Shown: positions 22,625 to 34,665 of the stretch, piece after piece | Numbering within the stretch: the stretch's first letter is position 1 | Layout: each line of letters starts with the position of its first letter | DNA from: Octopus sinensis | Lineage: Eukaryota | Direction of reading: 5' to 3' | Assembly (NCBI RefSeq): GCF_006345805.1 | Contig: NC_043016.1 | Location: forward strand, 14,570,001-14,634,000 | DNA length: 64,000 bases | Program-made: the position numbers and the translations under genes | The notes under the pieces: model-generated | Database searches by the model: none | What the model saw: the letters and a program-made list of their open reading frames with translations, nothing else | Told to the model about the DNA's origin: nothing

Positions 22625-25600
22625 TACCAGATGTATGTATAAGCAAGGAAGACCATTGCCAACCTTCAGGAACATTGTGCGCTCTAGGACTAACTTATAT
22701 TTTGCATTTGCAGCTCCGTTGGTGGCTAATGAGCCCTGCTCTTGACAAACATACACGACTGCAAACATTGCAGACCAAGCTTTCCTCATTCACTATACCA
22801 GCCGTGCGCTTTCGCGCAACTTGCTTAAGTTCTTCATGCTGGATACGTGTTCTCTCAAAAGTGTCGGTCCTCTCCTTAACCTGCTTTCTCCATCTGTGGC
22901 GATGACAGGCATTGTTCTCCCAGTCAGTGTCCTGCATATGAAAAGCCTTTAATGAGGACTTGACACAGTCCTTAAATCGCAGCCTTGGTTTCTGCCGGAG
23001 TCTCCTTCCATTCACAAGTTCTCCATAGAGCATCTGCTTAGGAATCCTGCTTTCCTTCATTCTTATAAGGTGTCCAGTCCAACATAACCGGTGCTTGTGC
23101 ACCATCGCCTCAATACTCAAGATATCAGCTGTCCTCAGGATCTGTGTATCTGGAATTTTTGAGGTCCAGCCAACATTGAGAATGTGTCTGAGACATCTCT
23201 GATGAAAACGTTCATGGACCCTTACCTGACGTTTGTACAGAGTCCATGTCTCAAATGAGTAGAGGAGCGATGTCGGTACACATGCATGGTACACAGCAAC
23301 TTTTGTTCACCTTGCGATGCCATGTTGGGACCAGAAGGAATTAGTTGCTCTCTGCAACCTGAAAGATATTTCCTCATCCAAGAACGGCTGAGTGTGCTGC
23401 CCAGGTACAAACTTGTCTACTACCTTCAGAATTGTTCCTTCAACCAAAGTAGCTGGTTCCATATATGGATTTCCTGGTGCAGGCTGGAACATTACAACAG
23501 TCTTGTCCAGGCTAATACTGAGTCCAAATGCCCTGCAAGAAGCAGAAATGCAATTCATGAGTATTTGCATGTCATCCACTGTATGAGTGATTAAGTCACA
23601 GTCATCTGCATAAAGGAGGTCATGAATAATAGACTGGGAAACCTTTGAATTGGCAGCAAATCGGTGAAGATTAAAGAAGCGGCCAGAAGATCGATATCTA
23701 ACATATATTCCCAGAGAGCTAACCTTAGCAAAAGCATGAGTAAAAGCAGCAGCAAAGTACAAAGAAAAGAGAGTTGGGGCAAGGATGTCACCCTGCTTGA
23801 CACCATTCTCTACAGGAATGGGTCCTGCCATGGTACCACCAACATTGACTCAAGCCTCCATTCCATCATGAAATGATTTAATTATAGATACAAAGTGATC
23901 TGGACATCCAAGTTTGCCAAGTATTTTCCATTTTACAGTATCAAAGGCCTTTGTTAAATCAATGAATACCTGGACAAGATCCATATTCTGCTCATAGCAC
24001 TTCTCCTGCATCTGTCTTGCTGTGAAAATTATATCCATTGTCCCTCTACTAGATTGGAAGCCACATTGAGATTCAGATAGGACATCATTTACGAGACACC
24101 CATTCAGACGGGTAAGAAGAATATTTGCCAGAACCTTGCCAGCAGCTGATAGTAGAGCAATACCTCTGTAGTTACCACACATTGTTCTGGGTCCTTTTCC
24201 TTTATATAGAGCAAGAATAATTGCATCCTTCCAGTCCTTAGGGATTGCACCATTCCTCCAGACTGTACTAATAAGTTCATGAAGGGACTGTGTGATGTAA
24301 TTACCACCAAATCACAAGACCTCAGCACAAATTCCATCCTTTCCAGGTGCCCTACCAAGATTCAATTTACTTATTGATGTCATTACTTCATCTATTGAGG
24401 GCAGGGAGTCTAAGGAGCCAATGATAGGTCTTTGTTTCATCACTGTTTCATCCACAACTGACTCATGGTTTAGGAGTTGAGAGAAGTGTTCGATCCAGCG
24501 ACCTGTGATTTGTGATTGATTTAGTAAACAGAGTGGAAGACTCCTTGGAAAGCAAGGAGCTGATGTGGAGCTTAGGTCCATAAGCTCGCTTCATAAGATG
24601 GTAACGCTTCTTGCTGTCATTTGCATCAGCAGCAGCCTGAACATCATGAGCAAGATCCTCCCACCAAGTGTTCTGCATCTTCCTGAGAGATCGCTGCAGT
24701 AGTGATTTTACACCGTTATAATGGGCAAGTGCTAGACTTTGCTGCACAGTAGACAGTTCTCTGTGCAGCAACACACTGTGGGCATGACGCTTTACCACTA
24801 ATAGTCACTGAATATCAGCATCATTCTCATCAAACCAGTCTCTGTGTCTGGCAGTAACATACCCCAGTGTTTCGGCTGCACATTGAACAACCTGATCTCG
24901 AAAATCTTCCCATGCTGCAGCAGTTTCAATGCTGTCAAAGCGAGTCTGAAGCTCTTTCCTAACCACAACATCATATACCTTGTGGGCATTTAGACAGCGA
25001 GGAATGCTGACTGGTCCTCTTCTCTCTTTCGCCCTAATCACCATTCGGAACTTTGCTCGCACCAGACTGTGGTCTGTCCAGCATTCTGATCCATGCAAGG
25101 ACTTGACATTACAGATGTCATAAATGTCACGCTTGCGGATGATGACATAATCCAGAAAGTGCCAAACTTTGGACCTTGGATGCATCCATGTTGTTGTGTG
25201 ATCACCTTTGTGCACAAAATGAGAGCATGCAATGTAAAGTTCATGTTCTTCGCAAAGCTCCAGTAGCATGAGACCATTGCTATTCATTTTCCCTACTCCA
25301 AAACGTCCTAGAGAGTTCCATGTTTGCCAGTTTGTTCCAACCCTGGCATTAAAATCCCCCAGTAGAATGACTTTACCAGAATTGGCTCTCAGCTGGGTAT
25401 AAAAGATTGTTTTATCTTCATCGCAGCTAGTCAAAGTAGGTGCATAGGCACTTATTAGAGTAGCAAACCGTTTACCTTTCAAGTGCAACCATAGTGTCAT
25501 TATACGTTTATTTATAGAAACAGGAAGCTCTTCCAACTTCTTAAGGATATCAGATCGGACCGCAAAACCAACACCAGCCTCTCTGCGCTCCTCCTTCTGC

Positions 25601-26700
25601 CTTCCTTTCCAAAAAAAGGTGTATCCACCTCCTACTTCCTCAAGCTGACCATCACCTTCTATATGAGTCTCTGAGAGTGCAGCTATATCAATTTTATAAC
25701 GGTTCAGTTCACGAGCAACAAGTGCAGTGTGTCTTTTAGGCCTGCAATCACTCTTGTTGTCCAACAGAGTGTGCACATTCCAACATAAAATGTTTAAGTT
25801 CCGTCCAGATTTTATAGATAAAAGACTCTTTGTTTTTTGAGTGCAGGTTGGACACCCGTCAGTTGCGCTAAACTGACCAGATATGGAAAGACAGGCAATT
25901 TTTGGTTCACCTTTTCTTGAACCTCCCTGGTCTCTGGATGAGCAGTGCCCTCTCCAAAGGAGACGACTTTATATATATAGCATGGGCTGCCTACATGCAG
26001 GTCGCTGACTACATGCTTCCAACCCATTAGATCTGCATGCTTCACCACCTTCCCATCGCTGCAGGACTTCCGAATAAAAAAAATTAAAACATATACTAAA
26101 AATGAAGAAAATATATACTAAAAATAAGATAAATATATACCAAAAAAAAATGCACATATCGAGCAGAGGTCTGCAATGCCTGTGCAGAGTTTTAGGTCCA
26201 ATAAGGCTTGCACAACACCTCATAGACCCTCTCCACTTTATTGATAATATCCAGAGACAAGCCAGAGCAAAATGTCTGGTGCCAATATGAGTCACAGGCT
26301 CAGGAATGTGGGAGCGCCGTGATCTCTAGCACAAACCAAAGATCCCCAAAGTGTCCAATGCCATTCCCTGCATATCTGGTTTTATATCAGAGTGACCTTC
26401 TCCTAGAGACATGCTTTAACAAAAGCTGAGGGGCACCTCACTCCCAGTGGTCTTTCAACACGCTGGACACCACCCCGGAATTTCTGCGTATCCGTGCTAA
26501 CATTTATTGGATGGCCGTTGACTCTCAAGAGGTCCTCCGCCCTTAGACAGGTTTTGTTTTTTCATCCAGCAGGGTGTCCAATAAACACCCTCCTCACCAA
26601 GCAAGCTTGGTGGGGTTGCCGGTTTAGTCGCCGACGACCCCACCATGCAACAGGTTGTACTGGGTTACATGCTACCAGTAGCACTCGAAAGTGACCTGAC
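22625..26700 (-). mobile_element. Near full-length decayed RTE/BovB-like LINE (RTE-B)
   Basis: ORFs 24805-25776 (APE), 23850-24182 and 23307-23831 (RT: YRGIALLS, IDLTKAFDTV, GVKQG, LYADD), 22695-23294 (C-terminus, single zinc finger). Confidence 0.96.
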
Positions 26701-26717
26701 ATATATATATGTATATA

Positions 26718-27115
26718 AATTAGAAAGAACCACCTTTTATCAATTCAAAATGAACAATTAAATTACACCAATAGAAAATTACATATAATAGAAATATTAA
26801 AATTAAAATAACAATAATATACCAATGATTAAGTAAATTGCAAAAAAATAATAAAAACGTATATAATTGGTATATACAAATTATATACGGTTTTATTCTT
26901 TTGTCTGTCCTAGTTTGTCCTCTCTATGTTAGCCCTTGAGGGAAATAAAGAAATATATAAATATAAATGTATGGTTTTATTATTTTTTTTGCAATTTACT
27001 TAATCATTGGTATATTATTGTTATTTTAATTTTAATATTTCTATTATATGTAATTTTCTAGATGGTGTAATTTAATTGTTCATTTTGAATTGATAAAAGG
27101 TGGTTCTTTCTAATT
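26718..27115. mobile_element. Foldback MITE-like element in (TA)n
   Basis: About 140-bp near-perfect inverted arms (26718-26858 and 26974-27115) around a spacer holding a SINE tail fragment. Confidence 0.85.
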
Positions 27116-27118
27116 ATA

Positions 27119-27163
<45 letters not shown>

Positions 27164-27165
<2 letters not shown>

Positions 27166-27505
27166 GGGTTCAGTCCCACTGCGTGGCATCTTGGGCAAGT
27201 GTCTTCTGCTATAGCCCCGGGCCGACCAATGCCTTGTGAGTGGATTTGGTAGATGGAAACTGAAAGAAGCCTGTCGTATATATGTATATATATATATAAG
27301 TGTGTGTGTCTGTGTTTGTGCCCCTAGCATTGCTTGACAACCGATGCTGGTTGTCCCCGTCAATTAGCGGTTCGGCAAAAGAGACCGATAGAATAAGTAC
27401 TGGGCTTACAAAGAATAAGTCCTGGGGTCGACTTGCTCGACTAAAGGCGGTGCTCCAGCATGGCTGCAGTCAAATGACTGAAACAAGTAAAAGAGTAAAA
27501 GAGAA
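27164..27505 (+). mobile_element. SINE family A copy (5'-truncated) just upstream of SLC5A
   Basis: gggttcagtcccactgcgtggcatcttgggcaag ... gaaacaagtaaaagagtaaaagag. Confidence 0.9.
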
Positions 27506-27579
27506 TATACATATATATATATATTATATTGTTATCATATATATATACATATATATATACACATACACACACACACACA

Positions 27580-27743
27580 TTCTCCCCACTCTCTCTCTTT
27601 CTCCCTCTCTTCCCCTCTCTCAACCTGTTACTCACAAAGCAATTGACCAATGATTTCAAGGTATTTTACCTGATAAACGAGCTTAAACAGAGCTACTCAA
27701 ATTACTCGAAGAAACATAAACAAGAGCAAAGAAAGAGACAGCA
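27580..27743 (+). promoter_or_regulatory. Putative proximal promoter/5' UTR of the SLC5A gene
   Basis: Unique sequence directly before the ATG with CCAAT (27647) and TGATAA GATA motif (27671). The upstream (CT)-rich tract could instead be a polypyrimidine tract, implying a further upstream non-coding exon. Confidence 0.3.
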
Positions 27744-27839
27744 ATGGCAGAGAATACAATCCAGGGAACTCAGCTTCACTGGGGCGACATTGTCGTTATC
27801 GTCGTTTATTTTGTCATCGTCATCGTAGCTGGGATTCTT
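27744..27839 (+). CDS. SLC5A: Sodium/glucose cotransporter (SSS family, SGLT-like), coding exon 1
   Basis: ATG at 27744; MAENTIQGTQLHWGDIVVIVVYFVIVIVAGIL matches the SGLT N-terminal helix (DI..IV.YF); phase-0 donor GTAAGT at 27840. Family is clear; exact paralog is not. Confidence 0.9.
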
Positions 27840-28114
27840 GTAAGTATATCTGTTTTTACTTCCTTTTTCTACGATCGAATTCGATTTCGCGTCTTCACCT
27901 TTAACAAGCATTTGCCACTTTTAACTAGCAATAGGGTTCAAATTTCCAGCTGACGAAATCTTAAACTAATCCCAAGCAATGACAATTTAACATACGAAAC
28001 ATTATAGAGATGTTTTAGAATTATCCTACACATTTGCATAAACTCACCTAAAAAAATCCGTTAAGGTATATTCATTTAGATTATGCTATGCAAGGTGTGC
28101 CTAACGTGTACACG

Positions 28115-28151
<37 letters not shown>

Positions 28152-28186
28152 GTACATGCATCTATACATACACCCGTGTGTATATA

Positions 28187-28900
28187 CTGGGTCGTCCTAA
28201 AGTGATACGGTTTTATTTATACTTTTTTTATTCCTCAAAATTAAGATAAATAAACTTCCTTTTTAATCTAAAATATACTCTCCTTTATTTTCTACAATTT
28301 TCTTCCCTCTATCTGGTAGACTTGCAAGACCCCTCTTCCAAAATTCACTTGTGCATGACGAAAAATACCTCTCCAGTACTGTTCTGACTTCATCTACAGA
28401 ATTCATATTTTTTCCATCCAAATGATTTTGAAAATTGCGGAAAAACTGATAATCAGATGGGGCAATGTCTGGTGAATATGGTGAGTGGGGCATCGTTTCC
28501 CATACAAACTGCTCCAGCATTTGGAATGTCATTCTTGCTGTATGTGGCCCAGTATTATCCTGGTGGAAGACCACCTTTTGTTTTGAAACCAAAGATGATC
28601 GTTTTTCTTCTGGTGCTGGTGTCGATGAATGGTTGAATGACCAAATTCAAGTTTCTCTGCTAGTTCCTCAACAGTTACGATAGGATTTTTTTCCACCAGG
28701 GTCTGCAGGGCTTCCTTGTCGAGCTCTGCAGGTCTTCTAGGATGAGACTCGTCTTCTAGGCTGTAGTTTCTGGTTCGGAATTTCTGGAATCACCGTTGAC
28801 ACTGGCTTACTCTTATTGTCCAATCTCCATATACTGTATCAATATTCGTCGCACTTTCCGTTGCGTTGTTGTCTTTATTGAACTCACACAGTGTTTGTAT
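28187..28900 (-). mobile_element. Internally deleted mariner
   Basis: HTH part (CQRWFQKF..SLED) joined to catalytic part (HQDNTGPH, YSPDIAPSDY); TA then ctgggtcgtcc terminus at 28187. Confidence 0.88.
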
Positions 28901-29249
28901 AAACGTACGTATGCATTCATGCATGCATACAAGTATGTATGTATGTATGGAGGGAGGGAGGGAGGGAGAGATGGTTGTTTAGGCATACCAACACGAGTGT
29001 ACCTCACCAAATTCTCTCCTCACGACTTTTTAAAAAATGGGTATTTTTAAACGAAATTTTCTACAAATACCTTTAAGATGGTGTAAATTACTATTATAAC
29101 ACAATTTAATATGGGGAAAAAATTAATGGGTGCACATGCTTCTCAATTCCATGGTTCTGGGTTCGGTGCCACTGCATGGCACTCAGGCTGACTAAAATTT
29201 TCTTTTAGACAGAAACTGAAAGAATCCCATTGTGTGTGCGTATACACAC

Positions 29250-29585
29250 ACACATACACACACCCACACCCAAATACCCACATACTATGGACTCTCCCAT
29301 AGTTAGACGATATATGAGGGTTTGACAATTTCTTGCCAAACAACCACACAAATGATTTGTTTATAGTGATCAGATGTTTGTGTAGACATAACCTCACTCC
29401 CTGCATCAACTCGACATTACCTGCACAGGTGCAAAGGGTGCTACATGTCAGATGATGAAATGATCGCAGAGCAACATGAAATGAAGTGCTTTGCACGTGA
29501 ACACAACGCATTGCTTGGTTTGGGAATCAAAACTATGATCTCATAGTCGTGAGTGCAACACCCTAACCACAGAGCCATGTGCTAC
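29250..29585 (-). mobile_element. tRNA-derived SINE, family C
   Basis: Minus head gcacatggctctgtggttagggtgttgcactcac...ttttgattccc (A/B-box-like). Confidence 0.6.
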
Positions 29586-30032
29586 CACACACACACTTTG
29601 TCTTTGAGTTTATGTTTGTCCTCCACCACTGCTTGACAACTGGTGTTGATGTTTTTATTTCTCTTTAACTTGGTGGTTTGACAAAAGAAACTGATAGAAT
29701 AAATGCTAGTTAATTCAAAACAACAGAGAAAAAACAAAGAAAAAGAAAAAACAAATAAACTTGAGGACATGGCACAAGTAATGTATTAATGTGATGCTTG
29801 GAGAAAGAAGGGAGTTGTTGTTTTACGTTTCAAGCATAGCTCTTCATCGGAATCAGGAAAAACAGGGAAGTCCAAAGGGAAAGAAGGAAGAAGGATGGAA
29901 AATCACCAACTGTCCACATGCAGTCACATTTCTGAAGTTACTGGAAGTAGAAGGAGGAAGAGAAAGTGCTTTCTGGGATGGGAGAGAATGGAGATGGTTG
30001 GTGTGTGTGTAGTAGGACTGTATATATGTATT

Positions 30033-30069
<37 letters not shown>

Positions 30070-30079
30070 GTCTTGCTCT

Positions 30080-32435
30080 GTCCCTCTGACTGGGTAACCA
30101 TATATCTCCTCTACAGTAAGATACCTGTTTCTATCCCTCTATCACGTTCTAATCTTTCATCACCTGGCACAAGGCCACCTCCTCCAATGCCCCTCCCCTT
30201 ACAAAGGATCTTTGTCGTGCACATTGTTTGTTGACCTCGCCAGTGTTGGTGTATCCAGTCTACACTGTAAAGTCCTTGGGTGTTTGGAAGGGCATCCAGC
30301 AGTAAAAACCATACCAAAACAGGCCCCACCAGTCCTGGTGCAATGTAAAAAACACTCATTCTACTCTGTAAAGTGGTTGGTGTTATGAAGGGCCGTAAAA
30401 ACCCTGCCAGAACAGACAGTGGATCCTAGCTCAGCCTTCTGCCTTACCAGCTCCTGACAAACTGTCCAACCCATGCCAGCATGGAAAATGGGCATTAAAT
30501 GATAATGACGATGATGGTGATGATGATGATGATGACATATATATATATATGTATATATATATATTATATTAATTTTATTTCTATGTTTTGGTTTATGTTT
30601 TTCACTGTTTGATTTGCCTAATAGTGGTTTTATCTCTAATTTTATATATATATATATATAAACATACGTATCTATACATACAGACATGCATACATAATGG
30701 ACTGAGATGTGGTAATATGAGGTTCTAGAGAAGACCTTCCTGAGTTCCTGAGGTGTTGTGTCCCACCCACACATGACAATAAGACTTTCCCACACCCTAC
30801 TCCAACAGACCAAACTCCATCCCTCCCTTCCCAAACTGTTTCTCTTCATACAATTATGCTTATCTCCCACTCTCCCTTCCAGTCCTGCCCTACCCTGCTC
30901 ACCGTATTGTTGCTTCTCCCATCCCCTCCCTCCACCAGTCCCACTCCTTACTCACAACTTCTTAACAATACCCTGCCAGTACCTTCCACCTTTCATCTCT
31001 CTCTATCTTCCTTACTCTACCATCCCATCTATGCCCTGATCTCTATTCCTTGTAAGTATACTCTGCCATTTGCTGCCATCCCTCTCCTGTTCATGCTGTC
31101 TCCTACTCTCTCTCTCTCTCTCTCTCTCTCCCTTGCTCTCCCCTCTGGTTGAATAATCATGCATCTCTTCTACAGCAACAAACCCCTTTCTTAACTGTCC
31201 CTCCTCTTCAGCAGCACACCAGTTTCTACTTTCATTCTTGTTAACTTTCATCCTCTTTCCCTCTCTTCCTCTCCCTCTCTTTCTCTCCCTCTCCCTCTTT
31301 CTCCCCCTCTCTCTTTGGCCAGGTAACCATGTACCTCCTCTACAGCAACATATCTGTTTCTGTCTCTCTGTCACACTCTAACCTTTCCTCATATGACCCA
31401 AGATCACTTCCTCCAGTGCCACCTCCCCTCTCAAAATTCCTTGTCTTGCAGGTTACTTGGTGACCCACTCAGTGAAGCAGTGCAGGTGCCATTTAAAAAG
31501 CACCAGTTCACAAAGTGGTTGGCATTTGGAAGGGCATCCAGCTGCAAAAACCATGTCAAAATTGACCACGCCTGTGCTAGTGCCATGTAAAGAACACTGA
31601 GTCCCCTCTGCAAAGTGGTTGGTGTTAGGAAGGGCATCCAGCTGTAAAAACCCTGCAAAAACAGACACAGTAGCCTGGAGTAGTCTACTACCCGGTGCCA
31701 GCTTCTGTCAAGCTGTCCGACCCATGTCAGCAAGGAAAGAGGATGTGAAACGATGATGAGAATGAGGATGATACTATACACACATACACGCATATAAAAT
31801 ATATATGTATCTAATGTATACCTCTTTCATCTTTTATCTCGTACTTGTTTCAGTCGTTAGAATGTGACAATCCTGGAGCACTGCTTTGAAGGATTTCTAG
31901 TCGAATGATCCGACCCCTGTACTTATATCTGCTTTAAGCCAGCTACTTATTCTATCAGTTGCTTTGCTGAACCACTAAGTTAGAGGGATGTAAACACACC
32001 AATACCATTTACCAAGCTGTGTGGGGGACAAGCACAGACATGCACATGCAGATACACACACACACACACATACACAGACACATACATGCATACACATACT
32101 TACACACACACACATATATATAGTTTACTGTTCTGTTAGGGTACTCCATCCAGTGAGAGATAAATATCTTTTAATATACACAGTATAAAGATAAACTCTT
32201 AATGGCAGGAAATGTGTCTTAATAGCAAGAAACTACCAATAGCTCTTATTTTAATAGTGTACATTAAATGACACACACACATGCACACACACACACATGC
32301 ACACACACACACACATTCATATATCTGTACACATATAAGTAAGTAGATATTTCTATACATCCATATGTATATGTATACTCTTTTACTCTTTCTTGTTTCA
32401 GTCATTTGACTGCGGCCATGCTGGAGCACCGCCTT

Positions 32436-32472
<37 letters not shown>

Positions 32473-33550
32473 ATATATATCATCATCATCATCATCATCG
32501 TTAACGTCTGCCTTCCATACTGGCATGGGTGGTAGAATGGTTTGACAGGAGCTGGCCAGACAGAAGCCTGCACTAGACTTCTGTAACTGTTTTGGCCAGG
32601 GATTTTTGGAGCTGAATGCCCTTCCAACATCAGCCACCACTCAGCAATGGACCTGGTGCTTTTTATGTGAGATCAGTTTTGCAAGGTATTTTTTTACAGC
32701 TGGATGCCCTTCCTAATGCCAACCTTTTTACAGTGTGGACTTGGATGCTTGCACTGATATGGTTTCCAAGTACCTTGCAAAACAAACATCTTTTTGTAAA
32801 GGGAGGTGATCTTGTGTCAGATGAAAGGTTATAGTGAGACAAAGAGACAGAAATAGGTGTGCTGCCACAAAGGAGATACATGGTTACCAAACCTGAGGGA
32901 AGTGAAGGAGAAGGAGAGAGAAAGTGGGAGACAACAGGATAGAGATGGTTGCAAAGTGCTGGGTGTACTCACAAGGGACAGGGATCAAAATATAAATGAG
33001 GTGGTTGAGTAAAAGCAGAGAGAGATATAGATGGTGGCAAGTGCCTGGGCATACCCTTGAGGTTCGAAGGTCATAATATAAATGGCAGGATATTGTGAAA
33101 GAAGCAGGATTAGAGAGTGTGGAGAGTTGGGGAAGTGAGAGGTGAAAACCTGGGTTTATATAGAGTGGTGGTGGTGGTGGTGGTGGTGGTGGTGGGCTAC
33201 CGCATGGCAATGATACAGAGAAACAGGGCCCGAGAGGACAGGATTGGGGAGTGAGAGATAGGCATAGTGAATGAAGGAGGAAATGTGAGGAAGAGATGAG
33301 AAGTGGAAATGTAGATTGGTTTGTTGAGTAGGGTGAGTGAAAAGTTTTCTTGTTACGTGTGGGTGGAACACACAGGTCAGGGGTTAGTGGAGAGCAATGA
33401 TACAGTGGCCTAGGGACAAGAGGACAGGATTGGGGAGTGGGAGGTAAGCATAGTGCATGAAGTAGTAATGAGAGGAAGAGAAGAGATGTAGTTTGGTTTG
33501 TTGTTGTAGAGTGTGTGAGGAGTTTTCTTTTTAAGTGTGGGTGGGGCACC
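30080..33550. mobile_element. Three copies of a pyrimidine-rich retroelement 3' region (family Q): 30080-30535 +, 30720-31760 +, 32480-33550 -
   Basis: All share ggtaaccat(g/a)ta.ctcct...acaag..cac.tcc and end in the same ggaagggcatccagc tail plus (GAT)n as family P. Confidence 0.75.
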
Positions 33551-34113
33551 CAGTGATTCTAGAACTCAGTTTTGCTGATGTGGGCGGGTCTTCTCAAGAA
33601 CTTCATATCACCAGACATCTCAGTCTATTGCCATTTCCTCCATGATGCCTAACATCCTGAGATTGGTCCTTACCACTTCATCCCACATCTTCAATGATTG
33701 ACACTTCTTTATGCAGCTGTCCTCGTTCATATGTATATATTATAAAACAAATGCTAAAAGCAGAAAATAAGATGCATGGGAAACTTTATTGCTGACAACA
33801 ATTGTTTCAATGCATCCTGCATTAACCTTCATGGGTTGGAAACAAGTTGTGGTGCATCTCTTGGTGCAGAAGTGTCTCATCAGGTGATGTAATAAGAGGT
33901 ATTTCGTTTTTAGTGACCGTAGACTTAAACCATTGAGCAGAAATGTTTTATATTCAAAGTACACTTAGGAATCTTTGAGGTAGATCCAGCAAGTATTGTA
34001 TAATTACCATGGATAATGTCAGGTAGTCATAAGCAGTAAATGTGCTTTATTGGTGTACTACTAGGAACATAACTAACACTTAAATACATATATTTTATAT
34101 ATATATATATATA

Positions 34114-34665
34114 TGCCTCACTGAGGCAATGACTAGTGACCGGGACCTTTGGAAATATGCTGTGCTTGAGAAGACTTGGCAAGCCAAATGAGACCATAAC
34201 CTCGTGGCCTATGCTAGTGGAGCACTAAGAGTACAATACAAGTATGATCATTGCCAGAGCAACAACCTGGCCTCTGTGCCAGTGGCATGTAAAAAGCACC
34301 ATTCGAGCATGATCGTTGCCTGTGTCACCTTAATGGCACTTGTGCTGGTGGCACATGAAAAAACATTCGAGCAAGGTCGTTGCCAGTGCCACTGGACTGG
34401 CTCCTGTGCAGGTAGCACATAAAAAGGGACCATTTGAGTGTGGCCGTTGCCAGTATCGCCTGAGTGGCCCTCATGCCGGTGGCACGTAAAAGCACCCACT
34501 ACACTCTCAGAGTGGTTGGTGTTAGGAAGGGCATCCAGCTGTGGAAACTCTGCCAGATCAGACTGGAGTCTGGTGCAGCCATCTGGTTTGCCAGACCTCA
34601 GTCAAATCATCCAACCCATGCTAGCATGGAAAGTGGACGTTAAACAATGATGATGATGATGATGA
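34114..34665 (+). mobile_element. Family P LINE 3' end
   Basis: ORF2 end (gaggcaatgactagtgac..gacctttggaaatatgctgtg), four repeat units, tail, (GAT)n. Confidence 0.9.

Noticed and set aside
26500-26700. HDV-like ribozyme assignment for the shared 5' module
   Set aside because: A CTAA-ACCGG J4/2-P2-like piece exists, but I could not build a P3/L3/P1.1 with correct spacing; reported only as an unknown structured RNA.
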